From: an uncultured Candidatus Micrarchaeota archaeon
Lineage (GTDB): Archaea > Micrarchaeota > Micrarchaeia > Micrarchaeales > Micrarchaeaceae
Assembly (NCBI GenBank): GCA_963741095.1
Contig: CAVUGN010000002.1
Location: 160,001-224,000 of the forward strand
Direction of reading: 5' to 3'
Length of the DNA stretch: 64,000 nt
The translations under genes were made by a program, and so were the position numbers. How positions within the stretch are numbered: the first letter of the stretch is position 1; each line of letters opens with the position of its first letter. Below, piece by piece: positions 1 through 8,901 of this stretch. Below the pieces are notes generated by a model. The model saw only the letters and a list, made by a program, of their open reading frames with translations. It made no database searches and was not told the origin of the DNA.

Positions 1-66
1 CGCGGCTATTAGTATGTGCTTGTCCGAAAGCTTGGCGGCCAGTTCGCCAAGCACGTTCTTAGCCAT
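1..66 (-). CDS. 5' part of a gene running off the window (MAKNVLGELAAKLSDKHILIAA...), product unknown
   Basis: ATG at 66, open frame to the window edge, 10 nt downstream of the UPF0147 stop on the same strand. Confidence 0.5.
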   Translation of the reverse strand, partial: MAKNVLGELAAKLSDKHILIAA

Positions 67-76
67 CTCATCAAAT

Positions 77-340
77 CTATGTCTTTATCGATTCGAGCAT
101 GCTCAGTATGTTCCATATGCCTGTCCTTGCCTGCGGCGGCAGGTTTATGTCCCCGCTCACCGCATCTAGGCTGTATATCGCAGACGATATCCTGACTATG
201 TAGGCTTCTTTCGTGCTCAGCCTCGTCTTCGCATCGGATATCGCGCTCCTGACATTCTTGGGCACGCTGAAGTCGTTTACCAGCAATTCCATCTGCTTGA
301 TTATCCGTTCTATCGTTTCGTTGATCTCTTTTTCATCCAT
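77..340 (-). CDS. UPF0147 family protein
   Basis: D.SVPKNVR, AIYSLD.VS.DINLP..ARTxIW motifs of the archaeal UPF0147 family. Confidence 0.9.
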   Translation of the reverse strand: MDEKEINETIERIIKQMELLVNDFSVPKNVRSAISDAKTRLSTKEAYIVRISSAIYSLDAVSGDINLPPQARTGIWNILSMLESIKT

Positions 341-397
341 AGCAACCCCTCTAGAAATTAGACAATAGGTATTGGCTCAAAATGTATTTATAGGTAT

Positions 398-1339
398 TCA
401 CGTCACGTGGAGGACCACGTGGGCAAAGATGCCTATGCACATCGTTGCCACGGCGATGCCCATCGATATGAGCAGCGATTTTACGACTCTCGCCTTCACA
501 CTGGTGTTGCTGACAATCGATATCAGTATCGACACCACGGTGAGCGCAGCGGCAGTGGCAATCACGGACAACAATATTCCGACATAACCGACAATCCCAA
601 AGAGGTAAGGCAACAATGGGAATATGGCACCCACGACATACAGGGCGCCGGCATAGGCCGCCGCGCCTCTCGGAGATATGCGATTCGTGCGCGTGATGCT
701 GTTCTCGTACTCCGCAGATAGGAATGAGCTCCCTGACATCGAGAGCATCCCCGAAATGGCAAATATAAGGCCTCCGAAAAGCACGAGCGTCGGATTAGTT
801 ATCGCTATGGCGAGCCCCGCAGTCGCCGCAAAAACCTCAACAAGGCCGTCGTACATCCCGAATATGACATCCCTTATGTGGTTCAGGCCGGGGCTGTGCT
901 CGGAGATTATCTTCCACTCCAGCTTTTCCTCGTCAACCATCACGTTGCGCTCTATCTGTTTTATCACTTTCGCCTCGCTGCTTCCCAGCTTTGATGTGTC
1001 TATGACGTGCCTGAGCTTGCTGTGGATCATGGATTCTTGGTACTTCAGCGCCTTGACCGTTATTGCAAGGCCAAGCAAAATTTTCACGAACCTTATCCAA
1101 AGCAGGGTTATCTCGATTCCCACTCTCGACACTTTGATGCTCTTGGTGTCGATTATCCTACCGCACAGGTCTATGTCCTTCTGCTCAAGACCAGTAAGTT
1201 TGATGAGTATCTCCTTCAATTCACTGTCCTTCTCGTTTTTTGTAAGCACCTTGTAGACGCTCATGTGCAGTCTTTCGTTCCTGTAGAACTCCTCAAGGTA
1301 CCTTCTGTTTTTTTCATCCATGCCATCACCCGAGCTCAC
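398..1339 (-). CDS. VIT1/CCC1 metal transporter with N-terminal ferritin/rubrerythrin-like domain
   Basis: IRDVIFGMYDGLVE, GMLSM..S.FLS, GAIFPLLPY VIT1 motifs; helical N-terminal domain. Confidence 0.85.
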   Translation of the reverse strand: MSSGDGMDEKNRRYLEEFYRNERLHMSVYKVLTKNEKDSELKEILIKLTGLEQKDIDLCGRIIDTKSIKVSRVGIEITLLWIRFVKILLGLAITVKALKYQESMIHSKLRHVIDTSKLGSSEAKVIKQIERNVMVDEEKLEWKIISEHSPGLNHIRDVIFGMYDGLVEVFAATAGLAIAITNPTLVLFGGLIFAISGMLSMSGSSFLSAEYENSITRTNRISPRGAAAYAGALYVVGAIFPLLPYLFGIVGYVGILLSVIATAAALTVVSILISIVSNTSVKARVVKSLLISMGIAVATMCIGIFAHVVLHVT

Positions 1340-2268
1340 TTGGTCGTCACTCCGATCCGGCTGAGATAGGCCCGCATCTGCAGCGCGGCCTTCACGCCGC
1401 CTGAGGCGGCGGTCACCGCCTGCATGTAGACGCCATCGGACACGTCTCCCGCGACAAAGACGCCTTCAACTTCCGTGAAGACCTCGTCCTTTGCAATCAC
1501 ATAGCCTCTTTCATCAAGCTTCAGCTTTCCGACAAGGAACTTGGTGCTCGGAGCGTTGCCTATCGCCATGAAAACGCCATCCGTGCGGACAACCTGCGTC
1601 TCATTCGTCTGCACGTTCTTGATCCTTGCGCCGTTGACCTTACCACCGTCTCCCAGTATCTCTTCGACAACGCTGTTCCACAGCACCTTCACCTTCTCGT
1701 TCTTCAGCAGGCGCTCCTGCATTATCTTGCTCGCCCTGAACTCGTTCCTTCTGTGTATGACCGTGACGCTTTTTGCGAATCTTGTCAGGAAATCCGCGTC
1801 CCCAACTGCAGTATCGCCCCCGCCTACAACTACGACGTCCTTGTTCTTGTAGAACGGCGCGTCGCATGTTGCACAGGTGCTCAGGCCTCCTCCCATATAC
1901 TTCAATTCGGAAGGAATGCCCAGCATCCTGGCCGATGCCCCAGTCGCAATTATAACGGACATCGCCTCATAGCGGTTCGAAGCGGTCTTTACCTTGAAAG
2001 GGCGCGAAGAGAAGTCGACGCTTTCCACCTCCTCCTCTACAAACCTCGCTCCGAACTTCTCAGCCTGCTTCTTCATCTGCAGCATGAGATCCGGGCCCTG
2101 TACGCCTTCTGGGAATCCAGGATAGTTCTCAACCAATGTCGTGAGAACCAGCTGGCCGCCGTAGGCGGGTCCCGCGATGACGAGCGGCTTGAAGTTTTCC
2201 CTTGCGGCATATATCGCCGCAGAAAGCCCGGCGCACCCCGCGCCCAGTATCAGGACATTCTCTGGCAA
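1336..2268 (-). CDS. trxB: thioredoxin-disulfide reductase
   Basis: GAGCAG FAD motif, CATCD redox centre, GGGDTA, HRR, GVFVAGD. Confidence 0.95.
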   Translation of the reverse strand: MPENVLILGAGCAGLSAAIYAARENFKPLVIAGPAYGGQLVLTTLVENYPGFPEGVQGPDLMLQMKKQAEKFGARFVEEEVESVDFSSRPFKVKTASNRYEAMSVIIATGASARMLGIPSELKYMGGGLSTCATCDAPFYKNKDVVVVGGGDTAVGDADFLTRFAKSVTVIHRRNEFRASKIMQERLLKNEKVKVLWNSVVEEILGDGGKVNGARIKNVQTNETQVVRTDGVFMAIGNAPSTKFLVGKLKLDERGYVIAKDEVFTEVEGVFVAGDVSDGVYMQAVTAASGGVKAALQMRAYLSRIGVTTK

Positions 2269-2272
2269 GTCA

Positions 2273-2788
2273 TCATCCTTTCTTTATCTCAAGCACCTTT
2301 ATCGTGAAGATCAGGGTCTTGCCCGCTAAAGCGGGATTAAAATCAACTGTTACGTTCGTCGCATTTACGGCCGATACAACGCCCTCCTGCCTTGTACCAT
2401 TGATCGATCTGGCGATCACCGTCCCGACCCGTATCACTGCGTTTCCGAATGTGCTGGATGATACAGACACGAACAGTGCGGGATTTATCTCACCATAGCC
2501 CTCGTTTGCCGGGATTGTTATGGTCTTTTGTTCGCCCAGGCTCATTCCGACAACGCCATCGTCGAAGCCCTTGATCAACTGACCAGAGCCGACAGTGAAT
2601 TGCAGGGGCGTCTTTCCGATGTTCGAGTCAAAAACAGTCCCGTTCGTAAAAGTTCCAGTGTAACTGACGTTGATCGTATCCCCAACTGCAACTACCGGCA
2701 CTGGAGCGCGGCCAATCGCCAAATAAACCACCACCGCTATCGCAACCAATGCGATGACTCCAAGAACATAGGATTGTTCAATTTTCAT
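2273..2788 (-). CDS. FKBP-type (SlyD-like) peptidyl-prolyl isomerase with N-terminal membrane anchor
   Basis: FDSN..PLQFTVGSGQLIKGFD, VDFN.LAGKTL.F; start set at MKIEQ because the upstream extension overlaps tRNA-Asp. Confidence 0.9.
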   Translation of the reverse strand: MKIEQSYVLGVIALVAIAVVVYLAIGRAPVPVVAVGDTINVSYTGTFTNGTVFDSNIGKTPLQFTVGSGQLIKGFDDGVVGMSLGEQKTITIPANEGYGEINPALFVSVSSSTFGNAVIRVGTVIARSINGTRQEGVVSAVNATNVTVDFNPALAGKTLIFTIKVLEIKKG

Positions 2789-2806
2789 TGCATCACAAAC
2801 ACAAGG

Positions 2807-2897
2807 CGCCTTGGCCGGGATTCGAACCCGGGTCACAAGCGAGCTGCCACAAATTGTGTTGACAGGCTCGTATGCTGGACCACTACACTACCAAGGC
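2807..2897 (-). tRNA. tRNA-Asp(GTC) with 18-nt canonical intron (2842-2859)
   Basis: GCCTTGG/CCAAGGC acceptor stem, CT-GTC-A loop, strict BHB (CTGT/GCAG helix), GGTTCGAATCC T-arm. Confidence 0.95.
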
Positions 2898-2947
2898 ATG
2901 CAATATAATTCTTGTCTAAACGCTTAAAGTGCCTTCGTTTTGAAGAT

Positions 2948-3400
2948 TCACTTCCCGGTTATGCGCTTCTGGAGCTTTCTGAGCTTGTCGTCATCAGCCT
3001 GTGGCCCCATCAGCGTCGTCACGTAGCCAGGATAGCTTTCAAAGAAGAGGCGCTCGGCGGCGACCGCTTGCTTGAACGCTTTGTTCGTTCCCAAAGCAGG
3101 GTACAGCTTCGCGTGCAGGTGGTTGACCCCCGTGCCTTCAAGAACCATGTGAATGCGCCCTACCTTGAGCCTCTTCTCAAGAAGGTTTGCAACTTTCTTG
3201 ATCGCGATTATGAATTCCCTCAGATCGCTGTCTTTCAACCCGAAGGCGTAACTCTCCAGATGCTTTTTCGGTATGACAAGCGTTTGGCCCGTTATGTTTG
3301 GGAACAGATCGAGCACTGCGATGTAGTTTTTGTCTTCGTACACCTTGTACGCCGGCATTTTCCCTGCCACTATCTTGCAGAATATACAATCGTTTGCCAA
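2948..3400 (-). CDS. HIT family nucleotide hydrolase
   Basis: CIFCKIV, VYED, GQTLVIPKKH, variant HIT motif HLHAKL. Confidence 0.9.
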   Translation of the reverse strand: MANDCIFCKIVAGKMPAYKVYEDKNYIAVLDLFPNITGQTLVIPKKHLESYAFGLKDSDLREFIIAIKKVANLLEKRLKVGRIHMVLEGTGVNHLHAKLYPALGTNKAFKQAVAAERLFFESYPGYVTTLMGPQADDDKLRKLQKRITGK

Positions 3401-3484
3401 TTACCCACCTGTTACATGATTTCCGTTGCAACCTATAAAAACATAGCTGTGCTTCCTGCAAGCCGCAGGCGCATAAAGCGCGCG

Positions 3485-3582
3485 TCCCGTTGGGGAGAGT
3501 CGAACTCCCAACCTATCGCTTTCTAACATGCCGTTAGTACCGCAGACTACAGGCGATCGCTCTGCCATTGAGCTACAACGGG
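3485..3582 (-). tRNA. tRNA-Tyr(GTA) with 26-nt canonical intron (3521-3546)
   Basis: C1:G72 acceptor stem CCCGTTG/CAACGGG, ATCGC/GCGAT anticodon stem, TTCGACT T-loop. Confidence 0.95.
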
Positions 3583-3682
3583 TAGATATTAATAGTTCTA
3601 TAGTTATTTAAATCTGAAATCCGTCTCTGTTTAAAGGCTGCAAGAGTTTATTAATCAAGTATAAAAATATAATAATGATACG

Positions 3683-6445
3683 ATGGCAAAGCAAGGCGTC
3701 CGCGCCGGCCCTCCCAAAGCAGTTCAGAGCGAGCTGGTAAAGAGCATAATAAGGAAGCACCATCGGACTCCCATCTCCTTCTACAAGCTCAAGGACATGT
3801 CGCTGGACATCGTCTACAATCCCAACTTCCTCGACGCGGTGCTGCTGCTGATGGGCTTCATCGCGGTCAACATGGCATCGCCTTTCTACCCGGCGCTGCT
3901 GATGATCCCGCTCCTCATAATAATATTCGTCATGACGCTGCGCCACCCGTTCCTGGGATTGGTGGTGTTCATAGCGCTGATGTTCCCTGCGATAATGTTC
4001 GAGGTGCCCGCGCTCGCGTGGATCTTCATGTTCGTCATAAGCATGTCCCTCATATTCGGGTACATGCACTACCGGACTCTTGCCTTCGCGTACATACTCG
4101 TGCCGCTCGCCTTCTCACCGATGGGTTACTTCTTCGAGATACCCGTCTTCATAGCAGCAATACTGGTCATAGGATACAAACGGGCCGCGATCCTCGCGGG
4201 CATGCTCGTTCTGGCGATTGTGATGGTCTCGGGAGTCACGGGAGTGCAGAACACCGGCTACATAACCTACAATCCCAAGCCAGTACACTTGATGGTGATG
4301 AACAGCACCGCAGCGCCGTACCTATCGCCGAGCATGCATCCTCTCACGCTAATGAACTTCCTTCCCGGCTTCGCCACGGCCCTCTCTACATTCGTGAGCC
4401 AGGGCCCGATAAACGCGCTGCCGCAAACGTTCAACTACATGCTTGCCGCTCTCACCTTCCAGCCGCTGCTCTATCTCGTCGAGCTCGCCGGCCTGGTGGG
4501 CATCGCGTTCGTCATAGACATGCTTGCAGTGACGCTGCGGTCGAGCTTCAAGGGAGTCCGGTCCAGCCTGGTCGGCGTAGGCTACCCGATACTCTACATA
4601 CTCATATCCTTCATCTCGAAATCGGACTTCTCGCTCATCATGCCGCTGGTGAGCTTCGCGATAGCGCCCTGCACGCTGTACATACTGGAGCTCTACAACG
4701 TCAACATAGTGCAGGCGCTCGCGGTAAAGAAGCAGGACATACGCATGAAATTCGGCGAGGCATTCGAGGACCTGCAATCGGAGAACTTCTCCGGCACATT
4801 TGCCGAAATAGGCAATTACGAAGCGACAAAAAAGGAGCTGCACGACGCCGTGATAGCGCCGATAGAGGAGCGCGGCATAAGCAGGGCATACAACGTGAAA
4901 CCTGCCAAGGGCCTGCTGCTATTCGGGCCTCCCGGAACCGGAAAGACGATGCTGATGCGCGCCCTTGCCAACGACATCAAGGCGGGATTCTTCCTTGTCA
5001 AGGCCTCGAACCTCATATCCGCATTCCCCGGCGAGACCGAAAGGTCAATATCAAACATATTCGCGATCGCCAAGAAGAACGCCCCGGCAGTGCTGTTCTT
5101 CGACGAGATAGACGCTGTTGCAAAAAGCAGGGACCTCGAAGTCGACGAGACGCACAGGCAGGCGCTCTCGCAGCTGCTGGTCGAGCTCGACGGCTTCCAG
5201 AAGATAAGCAACGTGGTCGTAGTCGGAGCGACGAACGCGCCGCACCTGATAGACGCTGCGATAATGCGCCCGGGCAGGTTCGACAAGCTGATATACATGC
5301 CGCTGCCGGATTTCAACGGAAGGAAGGCGATATTCAAGATATACCTCAGCAAGCTCCCAGTGTCGAAGGACGTCGACCTGGGCGAGCTGGCCGAGAAGAC
5401 CGAAAGGTATTCGGGCGCCGACATAAAGGCGTTGACGGAGAACGTCGCGCAGATCATAGCGCAAGAGGCATCGAGCCAGCACAAGGTGCTCGAGATCAAT
5501 CAGGAAGACCTGCTGAACGCGATAAAGACGACCAAGCCTTCGACGTCGCTCGCGCAGCTCGAGGAATACAACAAGTTCAGGCTGGACTTCGAGAGGCGGT
5601 CGCTTTCTGAAGGGAAGGTCGAGAAGACCGAGCAGGTGGGGCTCGACGACGTGATAGGCCTGGAGGACGCGAAGAAGTCGATAGTAGAGGCGATACAGAT
5701 ACCGCTCATGCACCCTGACCTGATAAAGAGGTACGACATAAAGCCGATAAACGGGATGCTGCTCTTCGGCCCTCCCGGAACCGGAAAGACGATGCTGATG
5801 CGCGCCGTGAGCAACGAGATGAAGGGCGTGACCATACTCGAGCTTCGCGGGTCCGACATAGTGAATGCGGGCAAGGAGAACGCGATAGTGATGATAAGGA
5901 AGACCTTCGAACGGGCCATAGAGAACGTCCCATCCATAATATTCGTGGACGAGATAGACACCATGATACCCAAAAGGGAGGGGGCCACCGAAGCGGGTGC
6001 GCAAATCACCGGAGAGATGCTGGAGCAGATAGACGGCATAAAGAAGGCGACCGGCGTCGTCCTGATTGCCGCCACGAACAGGCCCGAGGCGCTTGACGCG
6101 GCCATACTCCGCGCAGGAAGGTTCGACAAGATGATATTCGTGAGGCCGCCCAACGCGGAAGAGAGAGCCTCGCTCTTCAGGATCTACCTGAAGAACGTGC
6201 CCGTAGCGAAAGACATCGATTTCGATAAACTCGGAGTGGAATCCGACGGATTCACCGGCGCAGACATAGCCAACGTCTGCAGGCAGGCGAAAACAAACGC
6301 GCTCGCAACCACCGTAAGGACGGGCGAAGAGATCCAGATATCCCACGACAACGTGGAATCGATACTGCGCAACCTCAGGCCTTCTGCACCGAGCCTCGTG
6401 GTCAGCGGCTACCTCACCTTCCTCGCAAGGTACGGCCAGAGATAA
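3683..6445 (+). CDS. polytopic membrane protein fused to tandem Cdc48/VCP-like AAA+ ATPase domains
   Basis: about 300 aa of hydrophobic helices, then two GPPGTGKT Walker A motifs, LFFDE/IFVDE Walker B motifs and ATN...GRFD SRH motifs. Confidence 0.9.
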   Translation: MAKQGVRAGPPKAVQSELVKSIIRKHHRTPISFYKLKDMSLDIVYNPNFLDAVLLLMGFIAVNMASPFYPALLMIPLLIIIFVMTLRHPFLGLVVFIALMFPAIMFEVPALAWIFMFVISMSLIFGYMHYRTLAFAYILVPLAFSPMGYFFEIPVFIAAILVIGYKRAAILAGMLVLAIVMVSGVTGVQNTGYITYNPKPVHLMVMNSTAAPYLSPSMHPLTLMNFLPGFATALSTFVSQGPINALPQTFNYMLAALTFQPLLYLVELAGLVGIAFVIDMLAVTLRSSFKGVRSSLVGVGYPILYILISFISKSDFSLIMPLVSFAIAPCTLYILELYNVNIVQALAVKKQDIRMKFGEAFEDLQSENFSGTFAEIGNYEATKKELHDAVIAPIEERGISRAYNVKPAKGLLLFGPPGTGKTMLMRALANDIKAGFFLVKASNLISAFPGETERSISNIFAIAKKNAPAVLFFDEIDAVAKSRDLEVDETHRQALSQLLVELDGFQKISNVVVVGATNAPHLIDAAIMRPGRFDKLIYMPLPDFNGRKAIFKIYLSKLPVSKDVDLGELAEKTERYSGADIKALTENVAQIIAQEASSQHKVLEINQEDLLNAIKTTKPSTSLAQLEEYNKFRLDFERRSLSEGKVEKTEQVGLDDVIGLEDAKKSIVEAIQIPLMHPDLIKRYDIKPINGMLLFGPPGTGKTMLMRAVSNEMKGVTILELRGSDIVNAGKENAIVMIRKTFERAIENVPSIIFVDEIDTMIPKREGATEAGAQITGEMLEQIDGIKKATGVVLIAATNRPEALDAAILRAGRFDKMIFVRPPNAEERASLFRIYLKNVPVAKDIDFDKLGVESDGFTGADIANVCRQAKTNALATTVRTGEEIQISHDNVESILRNLRPSAPSLVVSGYLTFLARYGQR

Positions 6446-6460
6446 AAAAGGAAAAATCGG

Positions 6461-7537
6461 TTACTTGTTTCTCTGTATCAAGAATTCGGTCAGCTGCCTG
6501 AGTCTTTCCTTCGCTTCCGATTCCTGCAGCTTCGTCTCTATCCTGCTCCAGGCTTCCTTGACGATTCTCTCCTGTAGCTTTTCAGAGTACTCCCTTGCTT
6601 TGTACTTGGTTATTATCGCGATCGCCTCGTTTATCAGCGATCTGTCGCGCGTGTGCATGCCGAGTATCTCTGTCAATCGGCTCTTGTCCTTCGCATCGGC
6701 GCTGCGCAGCGTGTGTATGACGAGCATCGTTATCTTCCCTTCGGTTATGTCGTCTCCGACTCCGCCCTTGCTGCTCGCCACCTTGCTCTCGTACAGGTTG
6801 AGCACGTCGTCCTGAAGCTGGAAGGCGACTCCGATCGTCGCGCCGAACAGCCCAAGGTCCTCAATCATCTTGTCGTCAGCCCCACACAGAGCACCTGCCA
6901 TCTGTGTTGCCATGCGCGCGAGCACCCCGGTCTTGTCATAGACCATCTCAAGGTAGTTGTCCTGCGTTATACTTGCTGAATCGACAAGGCCCCTGTGCCA
7001 TGCAATGTCCGTGCCCTGGCCTATCGTTACCCTTAGCATCTCCCTGGTGTAGATCGAGAGCATCCTGTTCTTAGTCTCCATGGAAAGTTTTTTGCTGTCA
7101 AGAAGCGCCACGACCGGGAAGTAGAACAGGAAGTCTCCGAGGTTGAGCGCCACGTCAATTCCGTACTTCATGTGCACGGAAGGCGAGCCCCTTCTCGTTT
7201 CCGAGCTGTCCTCTATGTCGTCATGCACCAGAGTTGCGTTATGCACGACCTCTGGTATGACCGAAAATTCGACGTAATCGTCAGGATTCTTGCCAAGCGC
7301 CTCTATTATCAACAGCATGAGCACGGGTCTCCATCTCTTCCCTCCGAGCTCCAGCAGGTACCATGCCGGCTTGAGCACGCTCTCCGTTATGGCTTCGTTG
7401 TTGTACTTGTAGAGCGCCTTGCCGAGCAGCGTCTCTATGTACTTGTCGGATGACCGGACCTGAAGGTACTCCTTTATCTTCGTGTTGATGAACTCGGCCC
7501 TGACCTTCAGATAACTTTCAAAATCGTCTTTCGGCAT
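6461..7537 (-). CDS. polyprenyl diphosphate synthase (GGPP synthase family)
   Basis: GGKRWRP, HDDIED...RRG, GQ..D, KT, FQLQDD motifs. Confidence 0.93.
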   Translation of the reverse strand: MPKDDFESYLKVRAEFINTKIKEYLQVRSSDKYIETLLGKALYKYNNEAITESVLKPAWYLLELGGKRWRPVLMLLIIEALGKNPDDYVEFSVIPEVVHNATLVHDDIEDSSETRRGSPSVHMKYGIDVALNLGDFLFYFPVVALLDSKKLSMETKNRMLSIYTREMLRVTIGQGTDIAWHRGLVDSASITQDNYLEMVYDKTGVLARMATQMAGALCGADDKMIEDLGLFGATIGVAFQLQDDVLNLYESKVASSKGGVGDDITEGKITMLVIHTLRSADAKDKSRLTEILGMHTRDRSLINEAIAIITKYKAREYSEKLQERIVKEAWSRIETKLQESEAKERLRQLTEFLIQRNK

Positions 7538-7730
7538 AAACTCGATTAATACTCTTCAATTAAGTCTTAAAGCTTATTGACGGACTACGTCAGCGGCATG
7601 GTGCAATGCCTATTTTGATCATCTTTTGATGCCAAACTTGCAGCATGAGTGAGAGATCAGAGCTCACAATTTGTGCCTCCTCCAAGACACCCACATAGAT
7701 TTATAGACTTCCCGCTCACACTCTAAATGG

Positions 7731-8120
7731 GTGTTAGAAATGAACACAAACGAGATAATCAAGAGCGGAGTTCTGGGGGGCATAGTGATAATAGTGCTAG
7801 AGCTTCTGGTTGGCATTGCGATTCCGAGCATGGTCTATGAATTTGCAATCGTAGCTCTGCTGATCGGTGGCTTCATATCCGGCTGGATGATAAAAGGGAA
7901 GAGCGAGGATGCAGTTGTCGCTGGCGGTGCTGCGGGTCTCGTGTATGGAATTCTCGGGATGTTGATCCTCTATCCACTGCTGTCTTCGCGTTTTAGGCAC
8001 ACGCCCGCGGTTTATTTCTTCGAGATCATCATAAGCATCGTAGTGGCTGCCATAGGCGGATTTGCGGGCAACTACTTCGCATCCAAGCAGGGATCGACCA
8101 GAACATCAAAGAAGAAGTAA
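7731..8120 (+). CDS. small 4-TM membrane protein (DUF5518-like)
   Basis: four Gly-rich hydrophobic segments (LIGGFISGW, AAIGGFAG), basic tail. Confidence 0.6.
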   Translation: MLEMNTNEIIKSGVLGGIVIIVLELLVGIAIPSMVYEFAIVALLIGGFISGWMIKGKSEDAVVAGGAAGLVYGILGMLILYPLLSSRFRHTPAVYFFEIIISIVVAAIGGFAGNYFASKQGSTRTSKKK

Positions 8121-8262
8121 AACCACTGCATCCAGTAGGCGTAGGATCCGAGCTTAGCATTGTGAATCCAATCTTCGATATGGGTCAGCACCGAAGCCTT
8201 TGCATAGCGGAGACCAATACCCTAGAAATAAATATCAATAAGGCGCATATGAACTTGATTCA

Positions 8263-8822
8263 ATGAAAGTAAGCCTAATAGGTCCTTCAAACATAAAGAA
8301 CCTCTCACAGATAATTGGCAAATCACAAACGCAGATAGAAAATATTGCAGCGGATCTGGGACGCACACTTGCAAAGAACAACTGCCGACTTGTGGTGATC
8401 TTCGGCTACGTCGGAATGCTTCAATTGGTCGGGAATCCTTTCAGGGAGAATGCTCCAAAATCGAGATGTTATACACCGAAAATGATTACGATTGGTATAC
8501 CGATATCTACATGAAATATCTGAAAGTTGCTGATGTCAAAACCAAAAAAGACAACTGGCATGACCTACTACTAAGCCTTATCAAAGATTCGGACATCGTG
8601 ATATGCGCAGGTTTGTCTGCTGGCGTATTCACGGAGATGGGATACATGAAATGGAATTTCCAAGAAGCAAAAGGTAATACAAAAGCATTAATCTGCATAA
8701 AGGAACTCCTGCCTAATGGCGAGATGCCAAAAGAGCTGACTCAAGATAAAATGGGCAAAATGATAGCAGTAATCTCTGCAAAGGACCTCGAGAAAACAAT
8801 CCTAAAATTCAAGCGCGACTGA
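8263..8822 (+). pseudogene. frameshifted SLOG/LOG-like Rossmann-fold protein
   Basis: two overlapping ORFs (8263-8514, 8466-8822) join with a 1-nt insertion near 8452; KVSLIG..., LGRTLA, SDIVICAGLSAGVFTEMG resemble SLOG motifs. Confidence 0.6.
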
Positions 8823-8824
8823 AA

Positions 8825-8896
8825 TGGGCCCGCGGAGAGTCGAACTCCGATCTCTAGCGTGTAAGGCTGGCATCTTAACCGTTGGACTACGGGCCC
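8825..8896 (-). tRNA. tRNA-Val(TAC)
   Basis: GGGCCCG/CGGGCCC acceptor stem, CT-TAC-AC loop, GTTCGACTC; one C-A mismatch in the anticodon stem. Confidence 0.93.
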
Positions 8897-8901
8897 GTGA
8901 A

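Noticed and set aside
2789-2836. Longer start for the FKBP gene
   Set aside because: Overlaps the tRNA-Asp gene.
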